NCBI RefSeq assembly: GCF_006345805.1
Contig: NC_042998.1
Span: 116,126,001 to 116,190,000, forward strand
From: Octopus sinensis
Lineage: Eukaryota
Direction: 5' to 3'
DNA length: 64,000 bases
Shown here: positions 52,244 to 64,000 of the stretch, in pieces
Position numbering within the stretch: position 1 is the stretch's first letter
Layout of the letters: each line of letters begins with the position of its first letter
Made by a program: the position numbers and the translations under genes
The notes under the pieces: model-generated
What the model saw: only the letters and a program-made list of their open reading frames with translations
Told to the model about the DNA's origin: nothing
The model's database searches: none

Positions 52244-53815
52244 ACAATTTCGAGCCAAAACCCAGCAACTTCTACGGCTTACCAAAAATACATCAGTCAA
52301 AAGATATTCAACATGCAGTAAAAGAACAAGGAAGTAACTACATAAAATTACTCTATACAAAAGACTTAAAACTTAGACCTATTATAGCTGATCCAGCATG
52401 CCCTACCCAGCGTCTAAGCAATTTTGTTGACATTGTTTTGAAGCCAATATGTACCTACATACCCAGTTTGATACGGGATGGCAACGACTTCCTGTCCTGC
52501 CTTCACAAAACATCAGAAACAAATTCACTTTTATTTAGTTTTGATGTGGTAAGCCTTTACACCAATATTCCACATGATTTAGGAATAAAGGCGATTAAAT
52601 ACTGGATGGAAAAAGATAGAGAAGTGATTTCCAAATGATTCACAGTGCCATTTCTATTGGACGCAGACAAACGTATTCTGGAAAATAGCACATTCTTCTT
52701 CGATGGAAAGAATTACATCCAAATTAAAGGCACGGTGATGGGAATGAGGTTACTCTCGTTTATGCGAACTCTGTAATAGGAAACTGAGAACAATAAATCT
52801 ACCAAGAAGTACAGGAAAGCTTCAGCACTGAATTAAAAAAGTATATTGAAAAGGTTTGGAAAAGACACCTTGACGACTGTTTCATAATCAAGACAGAATC
52901 TCTAAAAACTCTGGAAGAATCCATTATCCTCCTGAACAACATACACCTAGCTCTCCAAATTACAATTCCTAGATATAATGGTAATTAAAAAGGACACCAT
53001 CCCTAACAAAGATATATACAATAAACAAACGGACACGCATAAATACCGAAATGTTAAGTCGTACAAACCACCGCATGAAAAACGCAACATATCATACTGC
53101 CTAAGCAGAAGAATTTGTACTATTGATTAAGATACGAATATCAGTAACAAAAACTTAGAGAATTTTTACTCAAACAAACATATCCGTCTCTATATATAGA
53201 AAATGGCATAGAGCGGGCTATAATACCCATACAACAACTTAGGAGAACCCAAAGAGGAACAAAAGAACAAGTAATACTATTTAGAGGGACACACAATCCA
53301 CGTCACCAGAATATCTTCAACATTGCCAAAGCCAATCTACCAATCATTGCTCAAATTAATGAATTAAAAGATATAATAACGGATCGAGCTATGTTTCTTA
53401 GTATAGGCATAATAACTTTAAAAAATTATTAGCAAAAGCAAAGTTTTGCATAAGCGAAAAAGACCAATCATTCAATGCATCTAAATGCAATGATAGCCGG
53501 TGTGGCACATACCACTCCATACCTATCGGCAATATATGGACGCAGAAACCGGAAAAAACATTCATAAGTGCAAATATGAACAGCAAAAGCATGAATTTAA
53601 TTTACTGCAGCAAATACGCGAATTGTGAAGAGGTTTATATGGGTCAGACTAGAAAATCACTATTAGAACGTTCGCGTGTGCACTGACAGCAAATTAGAGA
53701 CCCAGATATACGTCAGATACCTTTCTGTAACCATCTCGTAACTTGTGGTCGAACGAGAGAAAGATCAGAGAAAAGAAAATTATTGATAAATTCCAACCTA
53801 AGCTAAATAAAAAAA
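52138..53815 (+). pseudogene. Penelope-like retroelement, RT plus GIY-YIG endonuclease; 5' truncated and disrupted
   Basis: FYGLPKIH, LRPII, SFDVVSLYTNIP, KGTVMG, HLDDCFI, NISYCLSRRICTI and NLIYCSKYANCEEVYMGQT motifs in order, with stops and frameshifts. Confidence 0.9.
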
Positions 53816-54554
53816 ATACTAATTCTTAGAGGTACTATTTATACTCCTACGACCACTATCACTAACAACATCAACAACAACAACAATACTAAAGGTTCTC
53901 ATGAAGACAATAGCAGGAAAATACTAGCTAAGTCAAGAGAAAAGTCAGTAAAAATACTCTTAGTTAGGGTTTAAAGTTCTATTACTACAGTTACCACCAT
54001 CACCACCACCACCACCACCACAACCAACGACAATAGTGATAAAGGAGAGGATAATATAATGGCGATGATGATAATTGAAATGTAAAGATCTCTGGGAAAT
54101 ATTGTTTACAACATTTCTAAAAATAGCCAATCACTGCTTTGACCAGGGTCAAAATACAGGTCTTTACACATGTTCAACAAACCGTGACGCCTAAACCCAA
54201 AACCAGTCAACTTAATTAAGTGAAAACACACACTAATTGGTCAGAATACAGTGTGCAAAACTTACCATTCTGGAGCCTATACGAATGTAGTTGAGGCACA
54301 CAGTTTAGCCATTTCACTACGTTTGTAAATTGTAAAACATAACTGTCACCACTACTACATGAACCTGAAAATTGCATAGTTTAAATACATGAAACTACTA
54401 ATCAATCGAATTGAACATTTAATATTGTATCACTTCATTATACTATATTATCTTCTATTATATCATCATAATATTGTAAATAAAACGTGAGAATAAGACA
54501 AAGCCGGAAATCCCTTGATTAATTACGTTGTGTAATATACATGTGACCGCGTGT

Positions 54555-54735
54555 GTACCGTTGGCGATTTTTTTCCTCCGGCTTCCCTTCTCTAGATCTT
54601 TCCTTTTCCTATGTTTCTGACGAAGAGCTCCGCACGAAACGTAAAACCCTCCTTCTTTCCTTCCTTCCTGAGCGTCCAATAATACTATATTTGTTCCACG
54701 TCCTCGCGTTGTTGTGTTTTCATGTTTGGATTAAA
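54555..54735 (+). mobile_element. Short Penelope-type element with hammerhead motif (54617-54643)
   Basis: CTGACGA-a-gagc-tcc-gcac-GAAACGTA; homologous to 41550-41745; ends in (TA)n. Confidence 0.72.
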
Positions 54736-54873
54736 TATATATATATATATATGATAAATGAGCTTATAAACAAATATATTGTGAGCAAACTTAAAAGCGC
54801 CAGTGACATTAGTGTCGGTAATCTAAAGAAAATAAGGAATTCGCAAACGCAAGAAGGCTGTGAGGACAGCTTG

Positions 54874-55110
54874 GAGGATTGTATATTTAGAAGACGGAAA
54901 AAAGTAGCCAGCAAGCCTCGACAGGGAATCGAAACCTGCACCTCTGAAATCCCGGCTGCTATTATTTAATATTTTAATTAGAATTTGCCGCCACATGGTG
55001 TCTTAGCTTATTGGTTTAAAGTGTTCAGCCGGAATTTGAGATGTTCAAGGTTCGAATCCCAGTGAAGGCTTACTGACAACTTTTTTCCGTCTTCCAAACG
55101 GGCATTCCTC
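54874..55110. mobile_element. Head-to-head inverted pair of tRNA-derived repeat heads
   Basis: 54997-55070 is tRNA-like (TAGCTTATTGG; GGTTCGAATCCC); 54874-54958 is its diverged reverse complement (gaagacggaaaaaagt / acttttttccgtcttc). Confidence 0.75.
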
Positions 55111-55163
55111 GATCCTCTTAGCTATCTTTAGCGGCTTTACCGCTTTCGCACATTCCTGTATGC

Positions 55164-55304
<141 letters not shown>

Positions 55305-56796
55305 GTTTGGTAGCTTTCTGGTAAAATGTCTGAACTAGATTCACATACCACAACATTCAATTAAATGTAAGTTACATTTAAAAGATTAACAGTTGTTATT
55401 TATTTTTCTTTGAAAAGTGGTCATGACATTCTCCAAATCATTTTACGATTTTTCTCATAATACCAATTACTTTCAAATGTCGCACATCATTTATCCTTTA
55501 CTTTAATTTTGAGTATGTTGATCAAGTAGTTGTGATATTTGAACAAAAATCTTGGCTAAGTACGGCAGCGAGCTAACTTCTATTATCCTTCTTTCAATAA
55601 ATGATTGCTTGAAAAAAAAAACAATATAAGAACAGCGTGAAAATTTTATAACAAACCATAAAAAGCATTGAGGTGTTTTTGCACGTTCATTGTTGCACCG
55701 TATTATAAAGTATCATAATTATTTTTTTCCCATTTGAAGAGATTTAGAATTTTTCGCAACAATAAAATTACATAAACATTTTCCATTGTTGAAACTTTGA
55801 CGTTATTAATTATAGTCAAGGGCAATATCATTAATTTCAAAACCACCGAACTACTTATTTGTGGGCAGAAAAGGCATTAGCGATTTCAATAAAAAATGAT
55901 TTAATACGCACTTTCAAATTAATGGCAAGAAATGTCAGTATATGTGAACAAACGTTCATCTAATTCAGAATTAATTGAAATAACAACATTATTATTTATT
56001 GTAGTGGTAACATCCTACATTTGAGAAGGTACTGTAACAGCTTCACATGTTCTACATGCTTTAATTGATAACATTATTATTATAAGATAAATATTTTATT
56101 TGTAGTACGTCTTCCCACTTGATTGCTAAGTCTCCTTGATATTAAACCGGCTGTATGCAAATTTTACCACCATTAAATGCCTAGATCTTCTTTCTGATAC
56201 TATCCCCATAAAGAAAATCGTAAGAATGAAATTTATGATGTTTAAAGATCTTGCCGTTTTAGAAGAATATATTGTTGATTGTGAATTATAAAGATTAACT
56301 CTCATGTGAACCGATTATCTGTCATATGACATACTCTAACTTCAGTTTAATAGTTCGAGCTATCTCTAGCGTGTTGCGTTCTGTAGTAGACATGTAACAA
56401 AACCATGCGTAATGCAGTCAGTACTCGCAACTAGTCTATAGGGAGAATCCCCGATATAGACCTTAAAACCTAAGAGTTAATGGATACAACTTCAAATTTC
56501 ACTGAAAATGTAATATTCATTATCTATATTTCAGTAAAAAAGAAAGCAAAGGTTGCTTAGGATCATTACATACAGCTTGTGAGTGCCATATATGATTTCA
56601 GACAAACCCTGCTAAAAACTATCAGCACAATATCAACCATATACATGAAAATTAAGTGAGCAACATCCTGCAAGTTTGTAGTACACTGCTAGAAACGCTC
56701 ACTTCCTGATTACTTCATATATGAACCCACAAATATAGAGCTAACGACACATCACCAAAAAAAAAAAGTGAAAAGTAGAAGGAAAGAAACTGCATT

Positions 56797-56921
56797 CCCG
56801 AAAAGGCCAAACATGAGTAAATTTTCCGTAAACTTGAAGAGGGTGATATCAACCCGAATCCTGAAAAGGTTAAACTTTAGTAAATTTTCCGTAAACTTGA
56901 AGAGGATGATATCAACCCGAA
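56797..56921. repeat. Tandem duplication, 63-bp unit x2
   Basis: agtaaattttccgtaaacttgaagagg(g/a)tgatatcaacccgaa at 56816 and 56879. Confidence 0.92.
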
Positions 56922-59900
56922 GTGTAGCGTTTCTTGTTGTCACGATCTTTATCTCACGTCACATCTCAAGGGTTTTCTTGCTGCATTCAAAAAGCAGGTA
57001 GTATTTATGAAATTTCAAATGAATAAATGGATCAATGACATACTTAAACTTTCGTGATACAACGTAAATTTGATTACGTTTGTTATCTGTTAATCTTATA
57101 GCATATGTCAACGGAACTCGAAAATTTCAACTACGACATGATGTTGCTAAAATAATGATGCCATGCACAGAAAAGAATCTCCTGGTATAAATGTAAACAA
57201 CACGCATGATATTGAACATATGAATACATATTAACATGAGGAATATTGGTTAAACATTCCCATTACAACATATACAAAGTGCTTAATTGAAATAAATATT
57301 TGAGAAGGAAAAGAAGGAATGCTGTGCACATTCCTAGAGGTCAGCATGTGGGCATGTCTTATAAAACCAGCGTAAAGAAAATATTCATTGTTAGTTACCT
57401 CGAAATATGTTACACCTCCGTACTGATTATAAATCACAGTTATATGAAAATGATTGTTGCCCTTGGCTATGTTAGCAAATGTCTAAGCAACAAACTGGAT
57501 GAGCCAAGGTTCTGAATTGAAGAGGCCGGCTAACAAGCACTTTATACATATAAACTAGGAGTGGAACAAGATAAACGTATATAATACTTCCCAAATTCCA
57601 ATATTCGAACATATTTGTATTGTTACAAAGAGGTCTGCAGCTTCTAGAAGCATTCTAATAAATAAAAAGTGAAAACATACATACATAGACACATATAGAA
57701 ACACACACATATACATATACAAATCCATATACATACATTATACAGACACACGCATTACCATATTGCTTCAACGTAGATATACTCCAGATTACTATTACTT
57801 CTTGTAAGTGTAATATACGAGATGTATTTATAGATGATTACAGTAATACAGTTTATTAGTAAGATTTTCTCATCTTAATCTGTCACTGTGAAAATTGCTA
57901 TAAAATATGACCACCTCGGTTATGTTTTATATCAGGTACAATAATATCAAATAAATTTAACTGTAAAAAAACTTGTCCAATATTTTATGCATGCAGTTAG
58001 GTAGAAGAGTTTTCTGTTTCTATATTTCCTTATCCTTTTTTTCTTCTCATTTCTCTACAAACGAAATGCCTTTCAGTGTCAGCATCTATAATACTTGCAT
58101 CAGCAATTGTATTGGTTATAATAAAAATTCGAACGAAGCAACAAATCCGTGTCACATGAATTCGTAGGAAATTCAAAGAATTATCTGAATACATTGATGT
58201 ATAGGAAATATATTTTTTCCAAAAGTTTATCTAGCAATTCCAGCCTGCCCTTATTCTTGTTGTTTTAAATGTAGACGTCATCTTGTCTTTTCTTTGCTAA
58301 TATCACATATTAAACATTGCACACATACACATATAATAAACTTCCAATGCTGCAGCGGTTGCATTGGCTTCAAGTAACTATTAGAAGCCCTTTACTTCTG
58401 CCAGCATGGCCTCATATCATTCTCCACAGTATACAACTCTCCTTGTGATTATCAACATCTTTTATTATCCGATTAACGATTACGGTGAATTTCATCTAAT
58501 GATTTATAACATCAAAACAAGGTCAGATGCATTTAAGAAGAGGTAAATTCGATTGAATTAACCAAGATAATTGCATCACAGATTGAAATCTGCAAGAGTT
58601 GACTTCATCGGGATTTGAACTAAGATAAGTAAACTGCTGAGAAGAAATATAGTCTGGCCTGACACTTTAACGATTCCGAGGAACGCTGTACAGCTTATTC
58701 GACCTCATAGTTATAAACAGTATGACTGCCTTCTCTGTACAGTACTACAAGCTGTACAATGCTTCGCAGCCACGTACTTTTCATCAGTAATGCCACATAG
58801 TTGAATTATTGACAATCAGTCCATATCTAACCTATATTGAAAATATCTACTGTATGAGTCCTTCTATGAGGTATTTCAGAATGTTCTGATATTCTAGACA
58901 GTTTTCACTGTAAGCGCAGTAATAACACTCTGAATAAGAATTTCTCTTCGAACAACGCGATTTTGTGTACAATGCCAGTGTCTGAACAAACGTGTGCTGC
59001 CATATCATCATGCCTTAATCTTTAGTCCAGATTAAATCCTGTGTAACATATAAGCGGAATCGGGTCTTATGTCGGCGGATACCTTGACCAGTACAGAAAC
59101 ACCAAGGCTAAGATATAACAAATTTCATTTATTTCAGTCTCTAAGTACAAAAGAACTCATCCAATTAATATTTTATTTTAGAAATAGCAGTCAATACACA
59201 ATTTAAGGAAAGAGCAGGTTTGATAAGTTACTCTCTGGACATGCTGACCAAACAAAAAACTTAGGATGGTCATAACGAAAATATCTTAATGATCACAACC
59301 TGGCATAGAAAAAAAAAAACAACATAAAGAAAATCAGCAAACATTGCCGTCACATTCTATGCACTTAAGTAAGTACTTGAAGAATAATATTTGTATAAAA
59401 CCTAAAATTTTCTATCGATCAGTCTGTGACATAACTACTCCGTTATTTATTCAAAACTGTCTTATCTTAATACCGCCAGTACAATGAATGCTATTTTGCT
59501 TGTGAATACTTAGGAATACATCAAATCACAAACCCAACGTAGGTGTGCTTATCAAAAATTAGAACATGCAGTGCTCTTTTTATAAGCTTCAAATAACTAA
59601 CATATCCTATACGATCTTGACAAGAATAGTTATTTTATTGGCTTCCTTTGCTTCATTTTAAATGCAATGAAGAACAATGAAGACAAATATGTATACACGC
59701 ACGTAACATCCTGCACAAATATATTAATGCGTGTACAAGTGCTTGTATGTGTGCATATATTTGTGCGTGTGTGTGTATGTATGTCGGTATGTATGTGTGC
59801 GTGTGTGCGCGCGCGCGAATCTACGTATGTATACAATGTACGAAGGGTGCATGAATATGACTTGTCTGCTTATCTATGTTTGCACACAAACACTTACACA

Positions 59901-60484
59901 CACGCACACACACACTCACACACACAAGAGCTAATATTCATGTGACTCTCAACAAAGATCATATCTATGTACATATTACATATACTATTTCAATTCTTTC
60001 TCCGAAGAAACCCCGCTGGTATAGATCATAATAACACATCTTTATTTCATTTCATCTCGGATCATAGGTGTCTTCCTTGTCTTTAACATGCTTTTTGTTA
60101 TTTTTCCAAGAGATAATATAAATCTTTCTTTCTTGTCTCCTAGCACGAATTTACGGATCGTGTGCTGATTGAGTCTACATGTACTTGTTAAAGCGAACAA
60201 TATTAGAAATTTCTTCGACAGGGTCCAAACAAAAGTAAAACCGGTGACATGATATTACATGAATCTCAATGTTTTCTTACAACGGAAGAGTTATTCCGGT
60301 ACAATTGGAAATGAAAGGTGTAACATCTTCAACACGTCCTCACTGAGAGAATTTTTGTTCTTTGAGTTGGTATAACTTACATATTTGACTAGCATAAAAC
60401 GGTGTATGGAGAAGGAGTATTAATCCATACGAGAGTACAACATAATTAAATAAACATTATAAGAATAGAACAGTTAAGGTGATA

Positions 60485-61045
60485 TCTATATATATAAAAC
60501 TCAACTTGTGTGTCTGTGTGTTGAACTTCTCGGCACATCTCCTCCTAGCCAACAAATCGTAGAACCACCAAAAATGGGTCACTTAAAGTTTAGGCGAACG
60601 AAAATTGAACTGCGCAAATTCTGTTTCGAAATTCATCTCGCAAGGGCAAAAATCGATAATGTGTTTGTTTAGGCCTTATCCCATGCATTGAATAGTGAAC
60701 TTTACTCAGTCAGATGTTTGACGTGAACCGTGTTCACCACGCGTGCAAGCATGCGTAAATTGCATGAAAAATAAAAGATCAAGATATAAAAATGAATCGC
60801 CGTAAACATTGTAGAAATTCGGCAAAGAAATGAATTTTCGGGATGTAGCCTGGAGGTTTTTTTCGTATTAATCGTTTGGACTTTGTGAACACATACCAAT
60901 TGTTTTCATAACAACTTTAACGCCTTGAATTAAATGTGACCATTTTGCGTTGAGTCTGCAGCTTGAATCACTTTAACCAAATTTTAGCAGGCCGGATTTT
61001 TGATCATCACGATACATCGCCAGCGACTCCATGTAATCCCCGTTG
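60485..61045 (+). mobile_element. Possible non-autonomous Helitron-like element (5' part)
   Basis: Starts A|TCTATATATATAAAA followed by a short tgtc/tgtg tract, as in non-autonomous Helitron 5' ends; no 3' CTRR identified. Confidence 0.3.
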
Positions 61046-61047
61046 AG

Positions 61048-61094
<47 letters not shown>

Positions 61095-61290
61095 GGAATG
61101 GATGGTCAAAGATCATCATCTCTCAATCAAATTGTCCCTTAAACAAATACTAGAAACAGCCACGTTCTCCACATAAATGCAAGAGAATTTTCGAATTCCA
61201 GTAAGAGAAGTAAGGCGGTTGCGGCATACCTCCACGTCTTTCTATCTCACTTAACATTTGGAAAATTAGGAAAAAAATATATATGTATAC

Positions 61291-62098
61291 TAGACTAACC
61301 GTGAACTGTTGGGTCACCGGGAAACTGAGTTTCCCAGCAACGGAGTTTTGTGCCGTTGGTAAATTTTTTTTTTCTTTTCAAGGTTATTCCGCATGCTTTT
61401 AACGAATGTGATATCGATAAAAACGTGTAAAAGGCTCCTTTCCTCCAAATGGAAAGATCTGGTTGCTCTTTCTTGCACGCCCTGCTACCACTTTACAGGT
61501 ATTTCGGGTCCTTTACTGCAAATAGCTGTTACGTGGTAGCAGGGCGTGCTAGAAATAGCAGCCACATTTTTGGAAGTGAGATACAAGGAATGCGCTCGAA
61601 AAAGATCTATGGAAAAAAAACTGTTTCTCACCGAGGTTACGAACGTATCTTTTACGAAATGTTTTTTAAATGCTTTTTGAATATACCTAACTAATTTTTG
61701 TAATGGTTTTCACTTGAAAATAATTTTAAATGGCATTAAAATATTGAGCAGCTGTATAGATGTAAACCCAATTTTTTCTTCTTCCTTTCTTTCCTCCTCT
61801 TTTACATTGACACTCATTTCAGATACACAGGCACACACACACTCTCTCTCACTGGACAGTGATGATGACGATGATATTAAATCCAGACAATTTTTTGAAA
61901 AATAACTTTTATCAAAACAAGACTCCCACCCCTTAAGAGTAGCCACCTGGATTTGCCGTTTTTAAAGGTCAAGAATCAACTCATCGCTTTATATTGAAAG
62001 AACTGACCAGTTGTGTAAATGTAAACACAATTTTTCTCCTTTCTCTCTTCCTTCTTTCTTTCCTTCTCTTTTCCATTGACATTCATTTCAGATACACA

Positions 62099-62133
<35 letters not shown>

Positions 62134-62300
62134 CACACACACACACTCTCTCTCATTTTCTCCCCATTCCTCACCCTCTTTTACTATCCGATATCTCTTA
62201 CCACCCCTACACGCTAAATGATGCTATAAAAAGAGACGAATCCCCTCAAAATAATTCAAATCTGAAGAATCTACTAGAGTTGATACAAGCGCTAATATAT
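61291..62300 (-). mobile_element. Possible Helitron-like element (3' end near 61291)
   Basis: Minus strand ends ccggtgac-ccaaca-gttcacgg-ttagt-CTAG|T (imperfect subterminal hairpin plus CTAG). Confidence 0.3.
61748..62150 (+). repeat. Imperfect ~100-bp direct repeat (~61748-61850 and ~62007-62150)
   Basis: atgtaaac.caattttt...cattgaca.tcatttcagatacaca.gcacacacac occurs twice. Confidence 0.8.
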
Positions 62301-62408
62301 GATTTATAAAAACATTTGACGTACTAATAAAAATCTGTAAATGTACAACTATCCAGATTTCTAAGTACCTTATTTTTTCTAAGATACATACATACATATA
62401 TATATATG

Positions 62409-62505
<97 letters not shown>

Positions 62506-62692
62506 ATATATATATGAAAGATATCACTTCATCAGAGACGATATGAAAGAGTTAACTATAAGGAACTAGTAGAGTTCAATTTAAGAATGTATTTTGGAAA
62601 GACAGAATTATAAGAAGTATAAAGCAAAATATGACAGTAAAAATGAAAATAAAAATAAATAAATAGAAATAGAATAAAATTTATATAAGAGA

Positions 62693-62723
<31 letters not shown>

Positions 62724-64000
62724 GGGATGTAGAGATAGGAAAGAGAGAGAAAGAGAGACAGATGTGATGGGCTTCCCCGCCGTTTCTGTCCACCAAATTC
62801 TCTCATCAGATATTGACCGGCTCAAATCTATGGTTCAAAGCATTTAGTTACGGTGCAAGTCTTTGGCACTGAATCTGAAAGCTGTAATAACATCATCTTT
62901 TTAGACACACAACAATGACTTCACCTATATAACTTTTGCATGTGTTTTGCAAAGCTGTATAAAAGAGCCCTCTTGCTGCATTCGATATTGTTGTACTTGT
63001 CGAAAGTATGGCACTTCTTTTTAAAATATATATTATAACAAAACTATACAGAAAGTTCTGGAGGTGGTTAGATAGTAAATTAAGGTAGCTAGAGAAGGAA
63101 AGTTCGCGACACTCTTTCTATATCTCTTTACGTTGGAATGATTACTGTAAATTGTAAGAAACATACAATTCAACATGTTATAGAGGGATGTGGCGGATGA
63201 ATAGAATTAGAAAAAAATGCCCGTACATTCAACAGTTCCAGCAAAAATCTAGAATAAAGAAGTAATCAGCATATACCAGGAAACAGATTTTGGAAGATTA
63301 AGATCGCACTGACACCTTCAAAAGAAAGTTTATATGGTATAATAAAACGTCAGTATCCATCGCCGTATTACTTACATCAGGATAAAACATTATACATATA
63401 TATGCATAGTGATATATCTATATGTATATATATGTGTGTATGTATTATGTATAGATTGATAGATAGATGCATACTGATATAAATACGCACATCGATGGTT
63501 GTAGTTAAGAATATGCATGTGTTTGTGGCTGAATATATATATGTCACTGTGTATGTTTTTCGGGTGGAAGCCAAACTGACCATATTTTTGCGAATCTCAG
63601 TTTCGATCATTTCACCTTTGTTCAACTGAACACATAATTTCATTGAGAAGAAATTAGTCTTCTCTCTTCGTTGATGTGTACAGTCGATCACAAAACCGAT
63701 TCCCAGAAACCATCATTCAAATTGCTCTCCCTGTTTAATATACACATGAATAAATTCATTCAGCATCTAAACACTTGTAGCGCAACAATATATCCAGTAT
63801 TAAAGTTGTATACGACGCTATCAATCTTCAATATATTGATTTTTATTTTGAAAAACCTGATAAAATGGGGGTAATGCAATATTTCATGTCATTATGACCA
63901 ACAACTTAACTTTAAATTAGATTAAAGAAAACAGTCGTTGACAGAACCAAGCTTGTACTTACATATCACTGCGCATTGTACAATTTTCATACAATATCTT

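Noticed and set aside
54266-54364. Exon-like segment on the minus strand (ttttcag|GTT...AATG|gtaag) with one open frame (SCSSGDSYVLQFTNVVKWLNCVPQLHSYRLQN)
   Set aside because: No resemblance to an iGluR ATD, phase incompatible with the phase-0 exon, and it lies in Penelope-flanking sequence; only RNA-seq could rescue it.
54997-55070. Functional tRNA gene
   Set aside because: Poor acceptor stem, no U33, and a diverged inverted twin; treated as a tRNA-derived repeat.

Overview
AT-rich eukaryotic DNA dense in microsatellites and retroelements. The SINE/LINE repertoire suggests an octopod cephalopod (inference from pattern recognition, not a search). The only host-gene sequence I can support is one 105-bp phase-0 exon on the minus strand (25397-25501), encoding the C-terminal part of an ionotropic glutamate receptor (kainate/AMPA-like) amino-terminal domain, so most of the window is probably giant intron. 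It contains CR1/L2-group, Dong/R4-type, Tx1/L1-type, RTE-like and Penelope-like retroelements, mariner and possible Helitron remnants, and at least three tRNA-derived SINE families. Best observations: (1) a 1.64-kb element encoding only an intact 414-aa ORF1-type protein (RRM-like plus CCHC knuckle, no RT), inserted with an 18-bp TSD into the A-box region of a tRNA-SINE head; it shares its 3' tail with that SINE and with Tx1-type ORF2 fragments, which looks like a SINE-targeting retroelement system; (2) a second SINE family shares a 3' stem-loop with the CR1-like LINE; (3) Penelope-type minimal hammerhead ribozyme motifs; (4) several long fold-back inverted repeats inside the putative iGluR intron. 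Most ORFs in the supplied track are microsatellite artefacts. Boundaries of degraded repeats are approximate and read by eye.
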